This document shows positions 27,353 through 36,478 of a stretch of 40,416 nucleotides of DNA, one piece after another. The position numbers and the translations under genes were made by a program. Under the pieces are notes generated by a model, which saw nothing but the letters and a program-made list of their open reading frames with translations, did not search any database and had not been told where the DNA came from. This DNA comes from an uncultured Dehalococcoidales bacterium (GTDB taxonomy: Bacteria > Chloroflexota > Dehalococcoidia > GIF9 > UBA5629): assembly GCA_964619115.1 (NCBI GenBank), contig CAZUEB010000002.1:1-40416 (forward strand), read 5' to 3'. The first letter of the stretch is position 1. Each line of letters opens with the position of its first letter.

Positions 27353-29926
27353 ATGATTCCGGTCAAACTTACACTAAAAAATTTCATGTGCTACCGGGAC
27401 AATGTGCCCCCCTTGTCTTTCGATGGCATACGCGTGGCTTGCCTTTGTGGTGATAATGGCAATGGTAAATCAGCGCTTTTTGATGCCCTAACCTGGGCAC
27501 TATGGGGCAAATCCAGAGCTAAGGACAACAGCGACGATGACCTGGTACACCTGGGACAATCCGAGATGGAGGTAGAGCTGGAGTTCGTCTCCGGTGAGCA
27601 AAGATATCGAGTCCTCCGTAAACACGCCAAGAAACCCAGTAAGGCGCGTGCCGGACAAACTATCTTAGAGCTTCAGATAGCCACCAATGAAGCTTTCAGG
27701 TCTATATCAGGTAATTCGAAATCGGAAACACAGCAGAAGATAATCGAGCTCTTGAAATTGGATTACGAGACATTCAAGAATAGCGCTTTCCTTCGCCAAG
27801 GACATTCTGACGAGTTCAGCATTAAGCGCCCCGGAGAGCGCAAGGAGATACTGGCCAACATCCTTGGTTTATCCCATTACGATGAACTCGAGAAAAGAGC
27901 CAAAGACTCATCCAAAGATAGACGAAACAAAGCAGATACGCTGGAGAATGATATTGGTCAAATCGAACTCCAGCTTGCAGCCAGGGCCGAATATGAAGAC
28001 GGGATTACAAAGATACAAGACGAAATCAGACAGATTGAAGAAAAAAGAAAGACTGAAGATGAGATTATCTCCAGCCTGCGCAGCCAGAAAGAGTCATTAG
28101 AAATTAAAAGAGAACAGCTATCCAATACCGAAAATCGCCTCAGCGAAACAAATAGGGAACTAGAACGCTGGCAGTCAAAAGTGAGATGGCTCCAAGCCAA
28201 AATAGCAGAATATGAAAGAGTTCTGTCAGAAAGAGTCACCATAGAAAAAAGGCACTCTGAACTCACAGAAGCCAAAAGTCTCAACGACGAGTTTAACCAG
28301 AAGTTAAGCCAGTTACTTACTCTGAGAGAACGCATAAGCGATCTGGACAAAATTATCAGACAAGCCGCTGAAACACTCAACATAGACCATAAGGTAATTC
28401 AGTCCAGACTAGCCGGTAATGAATCTAAGTCTGCCAAAATACCCCAGCTCGAAGAAGCACTCGTACAGGCACGCAAAAATTTGACCGAATTGGCAAAGTC
28501 TGAAGAAACGATAACCACAAAAAGAAAACAAACACAGCAAATCATGTCTCGAATCAGCCACTTGGAGTCAGTTAGCACACGACTGGATACAGATATAGCT
28601 GATCTGGATGAGAAATGCAAACTACTAGCTAAAGATAATGCTCGCTGCCCCTTATGCCAGACCGAGCTCGGAGTAGACGGAAGGCAACAACTGGAAACGA
28701 AGCTAAATTCTGAAGTCCAGCAGAAAATCAAAGCTCGCCAGAACAACAACGAGGAACTCAAACGAAACAGGGCAGAGCTTCAAGCCATTGAAAACGAATT
28801 AGCCAAACAAGAAACAACCCTGAACAAAGAGCGCTCCACCCGACAACACCAGCTAAGCATCGCCGAAAAAGAGCTTACCGAAGCCAGACAAGCCAACAAT
28901 GAGCTGCCTCAAGAAAGAGCCAAGCTAGAGGAACTTGAGCAACACCTGACAAAAAAAGACTACGCTGTTCAGGAACAAAAGATGCTTTTACAATTAGAAA
29001 ACGAGGAAAAAAAGCTCGGATACAGCAAGGAAAGGCACCAGCAGGTACAGCAACAACTGGCAGAACTTCAGAAATATGAGACTCTAAAGAGAGACCTCGA
29101 TGAAGCCATGAAATCCGTTGATAAAGAGAAGGTCACCCTGACCGAGGCTGAGACAGCCGTTTCTAACTTAAGTACTGTAGCAAAAGCAGACTCAAACAAG
29201 ATGAACGCACTGAGAGCCGAGTTGGTTGCTTTGCCCGAACTGACCGATAAAATAGCCAAAGCCAATGAGGCTCATCTGGTTTTGCTCCAGAACGAGCGAC
29301 AGGCACGCGACAGATTAGCTGCATTACAGGAGAGGCTACGCCACCTGGCTGAATTAGAAACAAAGAAGCAAGAAAAAACAAAGCTCTTACACCAGGTACT
29401 AGAAGAGGAGAGCATCTACAAAGAATTAGCCGAGGCTTTCAGTAAAAAGGGTATCCAGGCGTTGCTTATCGAGCAAGCTCTCCCCGAGATCGAAATAGAA
29501 GCCAACCGCCTGCTGGCTAAAATGACCGATAACAGAATGTCCCTCAGGCTTGAGACCCAGCGAGAAACCAGGAAAGGCAACACCATTGAGACTCTGGATA
29601 TCAAAATAGCTGATGAACTGGGCACCCGCAACTACGAGATGTACAGCGGTGGAGAAGCATTCCGCATAGACCTTGCCCTGCGTATAGCTCTTTCCATGTT
29701 ACTGGTCAGGCGGGCTGGAGCATCCCTGCCTGTATTAGTCATCGATGAGGGCTTCGGCACCCAGGACAGCTCGGCGAGAGACAAACTAGTTGAGGCTATA
29801 AGCTCGATTCAGGACGACTTTGAAAAGCTTTTTGTCATCACACACCTCGAGGAAATGAAGGACAGATTTCCGGTGCTCATAAACGTAACCAAGACAGCCG
29901 ACGGCTCAATGATATCGATAATCTGA
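27353..29926 (+). CDS. sbcC: SbcC/Rad50-family ATPase with a long coiled coil and a central CxxC zinc hook
   Basis: 857 aa. It has Walker A (GDNGNGKSALFDAL), the Q-loop FLRQG and about 550 aa of heptad-rich coiled coil with CPLC at residues 432-435 (nt 28646-28657), almost exactly mid-protein. It also has the signature YSGGE, Walker B (VLVIDEGFG) and the H-loop (ITHLEE). Confidence 0.85.
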   Translation: MIPVKLTLKNFMCYRDNVPPLSFDGIRVACLCGDNGNGKSALFDALTWALWGKSRAKDNSDDDLVHLGQSEMEVELEFVSGEQRYRVLRKHAKKPSKARAGQTILELQIATNEAFRSISGNSKSETQQKIIELLKLDYETFKNSAFLRQGHSDEFSIKRPGERKEILANILGLSHYDELEKRAKDSSKDRRNKADTLENDIGQIELQLAARAEYEDGITKIQDEIRQIEEKRKTEDEIISSLRSQKESLEIKREQLSNTENRLSETNRELERWQSKVRWLQAKIAEYERVLSERVTIEKRHSELTEAKSLNDEFNQKLSQLLTLRERISDLDKIIRQAAETLNIDHKVIQSRLAGNESKSAKIPQLEEALVQARKNLTELAKSEETITTKRKQTQQIMSRISHLESVSTRLDTDIADLDEKCKLLAKDNARCPLCQTELGVDGRQQLETKLNSEVQQKIKARQNNNEELKRNRAELQAIENELAKQETTLNKERSTRQHQLSIAEKELTEARQANNELPQERAKLEELEQHLTKKDYAVQEQKMLLQLENEEKKLGYSKERHQQVQQQLAELQKYETLKRDLDEAMKSVDKEKVTLTEAETAVSNLSTVAKADSNKMNALRAELVALPELTDKIAKANEAHLVLLQNERQARDRLAALQERLRHLAELETKKQEKTKLLHQVLEEESIYKELAEAFSKKGIQALLIEQALPEIEIEANRLLAKMTDNRMSLRLETQRETRKGNTIETLDIKIADELGTRNYEMYSGGEAFRIDLALRIALSMLLVRRAGASLPVLVIDEGFGTQDSSARDKLVEAISSIQDDFEKLFVITHLEEMKDRFPVLINVTKTADGSMISII

Positions 29927-29970
29927 CACAAAGCGTTGGTTCTAACTCTGGCAGAAGGAGGCAGATAAAG

Positions 29971-30987
29971 ATGGAAATCCTGAAGGAAGGTAAAGGGGAG
30001 CTTCTGGGCTGGCATGACCCTGACGAAGCCAGGGATTGGGTGCTTAACAACAAGTCTCGCGAGCTGAAGGACAAAACAATGTCAGTTGAGGAGGCAGTAT
30101 CAAGATTCATTAATAACGGAGATTTTATCGCCAGCGGCGGTTTCGGGCACATAAGGGTATCTATGGCTATTGTCTATGAAATTATCCGACAGGAAAAACG
30201 AAACTTAACCATGGCTGGCAAAACTGCTGTTCACGACCTTGACATTCTGGTAGGTGCTGGCTGCGTAAACAGGGCCGAGGTGGCTTATTCATTTGGCCAT
30301 GAGCTCAGAGGACTGTCTCCAGCCTCCAGAAGAATGGTAGAGAGCGGGCAATGTAAAGTAGTTGCCGAAACCAGCAACGCCGGATATCAATGGCGATTCC
30401 TGGCTGCTATGATGGGCATACCATTCATACCAAGTCGCAATTTACTGGGCACAGACACCGGCAGTTACAGCTCTTGTAAAGTAGTTAAGGATCCATTCAG
30501 CGGCAAACCAATCAATCTTATTCCCGCGGCTTATCCCGATGTTGCCTTTATTCACGTCCACCGCTGCGACATCTACGGCAATGCTCAAATAGATGCTATC
30601 CTTGTAGAAGACTTCGAGCTTTCCAGATGCGCCAGAAAATTAATAATAACCACCGAAGAAATCATCGACAATGAAATCATTAGAAGCGAACCGTGGAAAA
30701 CAGCCATACCCTTTCTTGTGGTAGACGCCGTGGTCGAAGTTCCCTACGGCTCACATCCCTGTGAAATGCCGGGCATATACTACTATGATGAGGAGCATAT
30801 AGCTGAGTGGCTGAGTCTATCCAGAACTCAGGAGGGCGTGGATGAATATTTGAACAAATACGTGTTCGGCACCAATTCTTTCCATGACTATCTGAAGCTC
30901 TGTGGAGGCACAAAAAAGCTGAACTACCTGAAAAACAGAGAGTCCCTCAAAGAGCCGATGGTAGCCCCATGGCGAAAACAGAGTTAA
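29971..30987 (+). CDS. Family I CoA-transferase, subunit A (glutaconate/3-oxoacid CoA-transferase-like)
   Basis: 338 aa with an N-terminal SVEEAVSRFINNGDFIASGGFG motif typical of the alpha subunit. It overlaps the B subunit by 19 nt. Confidence 0.8.
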   Translation: MEILKEGKGELLGWHDPDEARDWVLNNKSRELKDKTMSVEEAVSRFINNGDFIASGGFGHIRVSMAIVYEIIRQEKRNLTMAGKTAVHDLDILVGAGCVNRAEVAYSFGHELRGLSPASRRMVESGQCKVVAETSNAGYQWRFLAAMMGIPFIPSRNLLGTDTGSYSSCKVVKDPFSGKPINLIPAAYPDVAFIHVHRCDIYGNAQIDAILVEDFELSRCARKLIITTEEIIDNEIIRSEPWKTAIPFLVVDAVVEVPYGSHPCEMPGIYYYDEEHIAEWLSLSRTQEGVDEYLNKYVFGTNSFHDYLKLCGGTKKLNYLKNRESLKEPMVAPWRKQS

Positions 30988-31796
30988 AGTTCCTGTCAAA
31001 GGAGGAAATTAAGAACATGCTCAGGGAAGACAGATACAACTCTAGAGAATTTTTAGCCTTTACTGGCGCAAGATTATTAGAAGATAAAAAAACCGTCTTC
31101 GTGGGCACAGGATTCCCCATAATAGCTTCCATGTTAGCTCAAAAAACGCACGCCCCCAAACTGGTCATAGTTTTTGAAGCCGGTGGTTTAGGCCCACTGC
31201 TGCCTGAACTGCCTGTTTCGGTAGGTGAATCCAGAACCTTTTACAAGGCGTCAGCTGCCTCCAGCATGCACGATACTATGTCACTTTCACAAGCAGGATA
31301 TATTGATTTTGGTTTTCTGGGTGCGGCTCAGATGGATATGTTTGGAAACATCAACACCACAGTTATAGGTGACCATGACCTGCCCAAAAGCCGCTTGCCC
31401 GGCAGCGGTGGTGCTAACGACGTAGCATCTTTCGCACAAAGGCTTATTATTATCATTGCCAGACAATCAAAGAGGACATTCGTGGAAAAGCTCGATTTTC
31501 TGACCACCCCGGGATTTCTTGATGGACCAGATGCCAGAGAGAAGGCCGGACTATCCAGGGGCACAGGGCCATACAGAGTCATCACTCAGCTAGGTATTTA
31601 CGGCTTCGACGAGAAAACGAAGCGGCTCAAGTTAATCTCATTACACCCCGGAGTCAGCGTTGATGAGGTGATGGAAAATAGTCAATTCGAAATTATGTTA
31701 CCCGCCAAAATTGAAACCAGCCCTGAACCCTCTGATGAAGACTTGAGAATATTACGTCAGGAGATAGACCCCGCGGGCATAGTACTGGGTAAGTAA
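30969..31796 (+). CDS. Family I CoA-transferase, subunit B
   Basis: 275 aa containing VFEAGGLG (catalytic Glu context) and LPGSGGANDVA, both typical of beta subunits. Confidence 0.8.
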   Translation: MAKTELKFLSKEEIKNMLREDRYNSREFLAFTGARLLEDKKTVFVGTGFPIIASMLAQKTHAPKLVIVFEAGGLGPLLPELPVSVGESRTFYKASAASSMHDTMSLSQAGYIDFGFLGAAQMDMFGNINTTVIGDHDLPKSRLPGSGGANDVASFAQRLIIIIARQSKRTFVEKLDFLTTPGFLDGPDAREKAGLSRGTGPYRVITQLGIYGFDEKTKRLKLISLHPGVSVDEVMENSQFEIMLPAKIETSPEPSDEDLRILRQEIDPAGIVLGK

Positions 31797-31918
31797 CCTG
31801 CACATAACTAAAAACAGCAAGCGCACGTTTGACACATATTAGTGTTCAGAGTTACCATATTGTGTCCGTTCACTCTGAAATACCGGGCATCACCTAAGAA
31901 AGGATACCGAAATCCTTC

Positions 31919-32497
31919 GTGACTACAAAGCTATATGAGATTAGATGGCATGGGCGAGGTGGACAGGGAGCAGTAACAGCCGCCAAGATAGTAGCCCAGG
32001 CAGCCCACTTTAAAGGCTATCAAGGCATAGCTGCAGCACCATCTTTCGGCGCTGAAAGAAGAGGCGTCCCGGTGAGCGCACTAACCAGAGTCTCCACAGA
32101 AGAAATAGCGATTGTATCACAAGTAGAAAAACCTGACGCCGTTGTAGTACTGGACCAGTCCCTGCTTAAATATCCAGATGTAATCAGCGGCTTGGGCAGT
32201 GAGGGGTGGCTGGTAGTCAATTCATGGCTGCACCCAAAAGAGCTAAACATCAAAGGCAATTTTAACATCGCCACTGCCGATGCCACTAAAGTATGCCGTG
32301 AGTTAGGACTGATGGTCGGCGGACTTCCAATGGTTAATACCGCCATGCTGGGTGCATTTGCCTGTGCCACCCAAATAGTGGACCTGCCAAATATTGAAAA
32401 AGTAATCAGGGAAAGATTCTCCAATAGCGCTGTTGACATTAACCTCGCCGCTATCGGGAAGACCTACGCGATAACCAAACTGGAGAGAATAAGCTAA
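31919..32497 (+). CDS. 2-oxoacid:ferredoxin oxidoreductase, gamma subunit
   Basis: 192 aa with an apparent GTG start and the motif EIRWHGRGGQGAVTAAKI. It is first in a gamma-delta-alpha-beta gene order. Confidence 0.88.
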   Translation: MTTKLYEIRWHGRGGQGAVTAAKIVAQAAHFKGYQGIAAAPSFGAERRGVPVSALTRVSTEEIAIVSQVEKPDAVVVLDQSLLKYPDVISGLGSEGWLVVNSWLHPKELNIKGNFNIATADATKVCRELGLMVGGLPMVNTAMLGAFACATQIVDLPNIEKVIRERFSNSAVDINLAAIGKTYAITKLERIS

Positions 32498-32506
32498 CAC
32501 AAGACC

Positions 32507-32782
32507 ATGAGAACCAGAGACTGCAAGCATATCTGCGATGAGTCATCACCAGCCATCGGCGAAGCCGGCAAGACAGGTGAATGGCGCAGCCTTATGCCAG
32601 TGATACATAATAGCAAGTGCATACCGGCTAAACAAAAGAAGCCATCATGTTTTCTCTGCTGGCTCTATTGCCCGGATGCCGTCATCAAGAAAACCATACC
32701 CGTTCAGATAAACTTGGACTACTGCAAAGGGTGCGGAATATGCATGCAGGTATGCCCGGCAAAAGCCATAACCATGGTGTAA
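32507..32782 (+). CDS. 2-oxoacid:ferredoxin oxidoreductase, delta subunit (2x[4Fe-4S] ferredoxin-like)
   Basis: 91 aa containing KTGEWRS, CxxCxxxCP (CFLCWLYCPD) and CKGCGICMQVCP. Confidence 0.88.
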   Translation: MRTRDCKHICDESSPAIGEAGKTGEWRSLMPVIHNSKCIPAKQKKPSCFLCWLYCPDAVIKKTIPVQINLDYCKGCGICMQVCPAKAITMV

Positions 32783-32800
32783 CGGAGAAAGAGGCTGCAT

Positions 32801-34024
32801 TTGGCAAAGAAAAACAACGAATCCAATATTAGATTACTTGACGGCAATCAGGCTGCCGCCGAGGGCGCCAAACTCAGCCGTGTCCAGGTCATTGCTGCCT
32901 ATCCAATTACACCACAAACACCGCTTACTGAAGAGCTTTCTGAATTCGTGGAGAAAGGTGAACTCAAGGCTGAATATATCGCCGTCGAGAGCGAACATAG
33001 CGCCATGACAGTATGTACTTCAGCCTCCCTGGTAGGAGCCAGGACATTCACCGCCACAAGCGCCCATGGCTTAGCCTACATGCACGAGATGTTGCACTGG
33101 GCTGCTGGAGCACGCCTGCCGGTGGTGCTCGCCTGCGTTAACCGCGCCCTCGGAGCACCCTGGAATATACTCAACGACCAGCAGGACTCCATATCACAGC
33201 GTGATACCGGCTGGATACAGATATATGCTCGCAACAACCAGGAAATTCTTGATTCTATCATCCAGGCTTATAAAATTGCGGAAACTGTGTACGTGCCCGT
33301 CATGGTCTGCTTCGATGGCTATGTCTTATCCCACACCGAGATGCCGGTGGATGTGCCATCACAAGAAGATGTGGATAGATTTTTGCCCCCGTATAAACCG
33401 CACACCATACTGGACCCGGCAAATCCCAAAAACTATAACCTGGTAACGCTTGCCGACCCCAGAATGAACGCCGATGGTGTTCTCTGCCACGGATATATGG
33501 AGCTGAGATATCTGCTACAGGAAGCCTTGCAAAACTCCTCAGAAACAATAGTAAGCGTAGGACAGGAATTCGGCGAACTGTTTGGCAGGAACTACACCAA
33601 CCTGTTCTGGGAAGATAACATCGACGATGCCGACATAGTCATCGTTGCCATGGGCAGCCTGGCAATGGAAGCAAAAATAGCTTTGGGCACGCTTCGAGAT
33701 GAAGGCCATAAGGTCGGTCTCCTCGGCTTGAGGGTATTCAGGCCGTTCCCTAAAGCCGCTTTAGCAAAGGCGTTAGAGAAGGCTCGACTGATCGTGGTTT
33801 TCGATAAAAATATAAGCTACGGCTCCGAGGGAGCTACCTGCTCCGAAATCAAGTCTGCTCTTTACGGCAGCCAGTCAAAAGCAGCCATAAGAAACTTCAT
33901 CGTCGGACTGGGTGGCCGCGATGTCAAAGCCAGAGAGCTGGCAGATGCCGTAAGAAGCGTCTTGCCCGCAATGAAATCAGGTGCTTTGACCACAGAGTAC
34001 CCGGAATGGATATGTTATATCTGA
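32801..34024 (+). CDS. 2-oxoacid:ferredoxin oxidoreductase, alpha subunit
   Basis: 407 aa with an apparent TTG start and the motif GNQAAAEGA......AAYPITPQT...E.EHSA. Substrate (pyruvate, 2-oxoisovalerate or 2-oxoglutarate) cannot be assigned by eye. Confidence 0.88.
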   Translation: MAKKNNESNIRLLDGNQAAAEGAKLSRVQVIAAYPITPQTPLTEELSEFVEKGELKAEYIAVESEHSAMTVCTSASLVGARTFTATSAHGLAYMHEMLHWAAGARLPVVLACVNRALGAPWNILNDQQDSISQRDTGWIQIYARNNQEILDSIIQAYKIAETVYVPVMVCFDGYVLSHTEMPVDVPSQEDVDRFLPPYKPHTILDPANPKNYNLVTLADPRMNADGVLCHGYMELRYLLQEALQNSSETIVSVGQEFGELFGRNYTNLFWEDNIDDADIVIVAMGSLAMEAKIALGTLRDEGHKVGLLGLRVFRPFPKAALAKALEKARLIVVFDKNISYGSEGATCSEIKSALYGSQSKAAIRNFIVGLGGRDVKARELADAVRSVLPAMKSGALTTEYPEWICYI

Positions 34025-34037
34025 AAGGGGTCATATT

Positions 34038-34988
34038 TTGAAAGCAAACGCCGTCAACCTGACTGAAACGGAATACGCGCTGCCTGGCAACAGGACTTGC
34101 CCTGGCTGTGCCCTGGCTCTTGCCTATCGCCACATTTTGAAGGCATTAGATGGGCAGGTCATTGTCACCGTGCCGGCAAGCTGTCTCACCGTATTGCACG
34201 GCATGTATCCCATAACATCGGTTACCGTCCCCTGCGTGAATACTCCTTTCGCCTCCACCGGCGCCTCAGCCACAGGTCTGGTTGCCGGACTCAGTGCTAC
34301 ACACAGAAAAGGACTGACCGTACTGGCAATGGCTGGCGATGGCGGCACTCACGACATAGGAATCCAGTCGCTGAGCGGCGCTGCGGAAAGGCAGGAAGAT
34401 TTCATCTACATCTGCTATGACAACGAAGGCTATATGAACACCGGCAATCAGCGCTCAGGCTCCACCCCCCTGGGTGCTATTACGGGTACCACGCCTGTCC
34501 TGGGCAAGCGCCAGAACCCCAAGGACATAGCTGCCATAATGGAAGCTCACCGCCTGCCGTATATCGCCACTGCCAATGCCTCCTACCCACTGGACCTGTA
34601 CGAAAAGGTCAGGAAAGCAAAGGGCATAAAGGGCACCAGGTTCATTCACGTTTTTACGCCCTGCGCTCCCGGCTGGCAGTTCCCTTACAGCGATACCATC
34701 AAAATCGGTCAGCTGGCGGTAGAGACCGGGCTGGTTGTGCTCTACGAAGTTGAAAACGGCGTCTTTCGCCTCACTGCCGCCAGTGAATCACTCGCCCGGA
34801 AGGGTAACCTGAAGCTGGTAAAAGAATATCTTGCCACGCAGGGCAGGTTCAAAGACATTACCGAAGAGCAAATTTACCAATTACAGGACTGGGTAAATAC
34901 CCGCTGGCAATGCTACCTCGAGCGGGCAGCCAACCTACAGCCTTCGACCGACAACGCGAAATTAGACCCTGATATATTCCAAAAATAA
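34038..34988 (+). CDS. 2-oxoacid:ferredoxin oxidoreductase, beta subunit (TPP-binding)
   Basis: 316 aa with an apparent TTG start, the Cys motif CPGCA and the TPP motif AGDGGTHDIG...DNEGYMNTG. Confidence 0.88.
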   Translation: MKANAVNLTETEYALPGNRTCPGCALALAYRHILKALDGQVIVTVPASCLTVLHGMYPITSVTVPCVNTPFASTGASATGLVAGLSATHRKGLTVLAMAGDGGTHDIGIQSLSGAAERQEDFIYICYDNEGYMNTGNQRSGSTPLGAITGTTPVLGKRQNPKDIAAIMEAHRLPYIATANASYPLDLYEKVRKAKGIKGTRFIHVFTPCAPGWQFPYSDTIKIGQLAVETGLVVLYEVENGVFRLTAASESLARKGNLKLVKEYLATQGRFKDITEEQIYQLQDWVNTRWQCYLERAANLQPSTDNAKLDPDIFQK

Positions 34989-35071
34989 CTTGCCTTTTTA
35001 AATCGGAAAGGCAGCCTCGTTGAGCACCACATTGACATCACACAAAAACCGCTCTGAGCCACAGGCTGGGG

Positions 35072-35111
35072 ATGACAGCCCAACTACCAGAATAGTATAA
35101 TCTGTTATAAT
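35072..35111 (+). promoter_or_regulatory. Candidate promoter(s) immediately upstream of lysA with two tandem TATAAT boxes
   Basis: ATGACA at 35072-35077, an 18-nt spacer, then TATAAT at 35096-35101. A second TATAAT sits at 35106-35111, only 5 nt before the lysA ATG (35117). There is no SD in between. Confidence 0.45.
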
Positions 35112-35116
35112 ATATT

Positions 35117-36472
35117 ATGTCTGCTGATAGCAATGATGTTGTTTCAATGTGCCAGAGTGATTCACCCAAGCTCTCCCTGTTCCCGTTAACGAAGAATGTT
35201 GACAGTCAGGGTCACCTTCACATAGGTGGCTGTGATTGTGTCGAGCTGGCTAAGAAATTCGGCACTCCCCTCTACGTTTTCGACGAGGAAACCCTCCGCT
35301 CCAGATGCCGGGAGTTTAAGTCCGAGTTCACCAGGCGCTATCCAAACACGCTTATTATACATGCAGCAAAGGCTTTCCTGAATAAAGCTATAGCCGTTAT
35401 TCTCAAGGAAGAAGGCATCGGTTTAGATGTCGTCTCCGGCGGAGAACTGAGCCTGGCTCAATCGGTGGACTTCCCCGGAGAAAAGGTGCATTTCAACGGC
35501 AACAATAAGACTGCCGATGAGCTCAAGCTAGCTCTGGATTGGGGCATCGGGCGCATCGTGGTTGACAACTTCGACGAGATGGAACTGCTTAACTCACTGG
35601 CTGGCAAGATGGAAGTCAGACAGGCGGTTCTTCTCCGCCTTAATCCGGGAGTTGACCCCCATACCCATCGCCACACCACCACCGGCATACTGGACAGCAA
35701 ATTTGGCTTCCCCTTGGCTACCGGACAGGCTGAGACAGCAGTGGCTAAAGCTATGGCAGCCTCCAACCTTGAACTCGCGGGGCTGCACTTCCACCTCGGC
35801 TCACCGATTCCCGATACCTCGCCTTATCAGACAGCCATAAGCCTTGTCTTTAACTTTGCCATGGAGATGAAAGACAAGCATGGTTTTCACCTTGCTGAGT
35901 TCAGTCCCGGCGGCGGTTTTGCCGTCAGGTATACGGTAGACTCACAATCAACAGGCATAGCCGACTATGCTGAAGCTATAACTACCAGGATGATAAGTCT
36001 AACCACTGATCTTAACTTGACACGCCCGAAGCTAATCATCGAACCCGGAAGAGCCATCGTGGCACAAGCCGGCGTGGCTCTATACACCGTTGGTTCGATA
36101 AAAGAGATTCCCGGGGTGCGAAGATATGTATGCGTTGACGGAGGCATGGGAGATAACATCCGACCGACCCTCTACGAAGCCAGATACGAGGTTCTGGTGG
36201 CAAACAAGGCTAATGATAATGAATCAACCAGAGTCACTATAGCCGGCAAATATTGCGAGTCCGGTGATATTTTAGCCAGAGACGTGAGCCTGGCTCCCGT
36301 ATCACCGGGAGATATTATCGCCATGCCGGTCAGCGGCGCTTATGCTATCCCCATGTCAAGCAACTATAACATGGTGCCCAGGCCAGCCATTGTGATGGTC
36401 AAAGACGGCAAAGCTCGACTCATCCGAAAGCGCGAGAGCTACAAGGACTTACTGAGATTGGACTTAATTTAA
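35117..36472 (+). CDS. lysA: Diaminopimelate decarboxylase
   Basis: 451 aa fold-III PLP decarboxylase with the PLP lysine context (HAAKAF), HFHLGS, EPGRAIVA and CESGD. Confidence 0.92.
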   Translation: MSADSNDVVSMCQSDSPKLSLFPLTKNVDSQGHLHIGGCDCVELAKKFGTPLYVFDEETLRSRCREFKSEFTRRYPNTLIIHAAKAFLNKAIAVILKEEGIGLDVVSGGELSLAQSVDFPGEKVHFNGNNKTADELKLALDWGIGRIVVDNFDEMELLNSLAGKMEVRQAVLLRLNPGVDPHTHRHTTTGILDSKFGFPLATGQAETAVAKAMAASNLELAGLHFHLGSPIPDTSPYQTAISLVFNFAMEMKDKHGFHLAEFSPGGGFAVRYTVDSQSTGIADYAEAITTRMISLTTDLNLTRPKLIIEPGRAIVAQAGVALYTVGSIKEIPGVRRYVCVDGGMGDNIRPTLYEARYEVLVANKANDNESTRVTIAGKYCESGDILARDVSLAPVSPGDIIAMPVSGAYAIPMSSNYNMVPRPAIVMVKDGKARLIRKRESYKDLLRLDLI

Positions 36473-36478
36473 AAAGAT

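Noticed and set aside
27958-28383. 141-aa Ser/Leu-rich ORF, plus 28399-28761, antisense to sbcC
   Set aside because: These are the mirror image of the Glu/Lys/Leu-rich coiled-coil codons. Open antisense frames are expected there and carry no signals.
34989-35116. Lysine riboswitch (L-box) upstream of lysA
   Set aside because: The gap is only 128 nt and is mostly taken up by a small hairpin (TGCCTTT...AAAGGCA) and promoter-like boxes. That is too short for the five-helix L-box, and none of its conserved junction sequences are recognisable.
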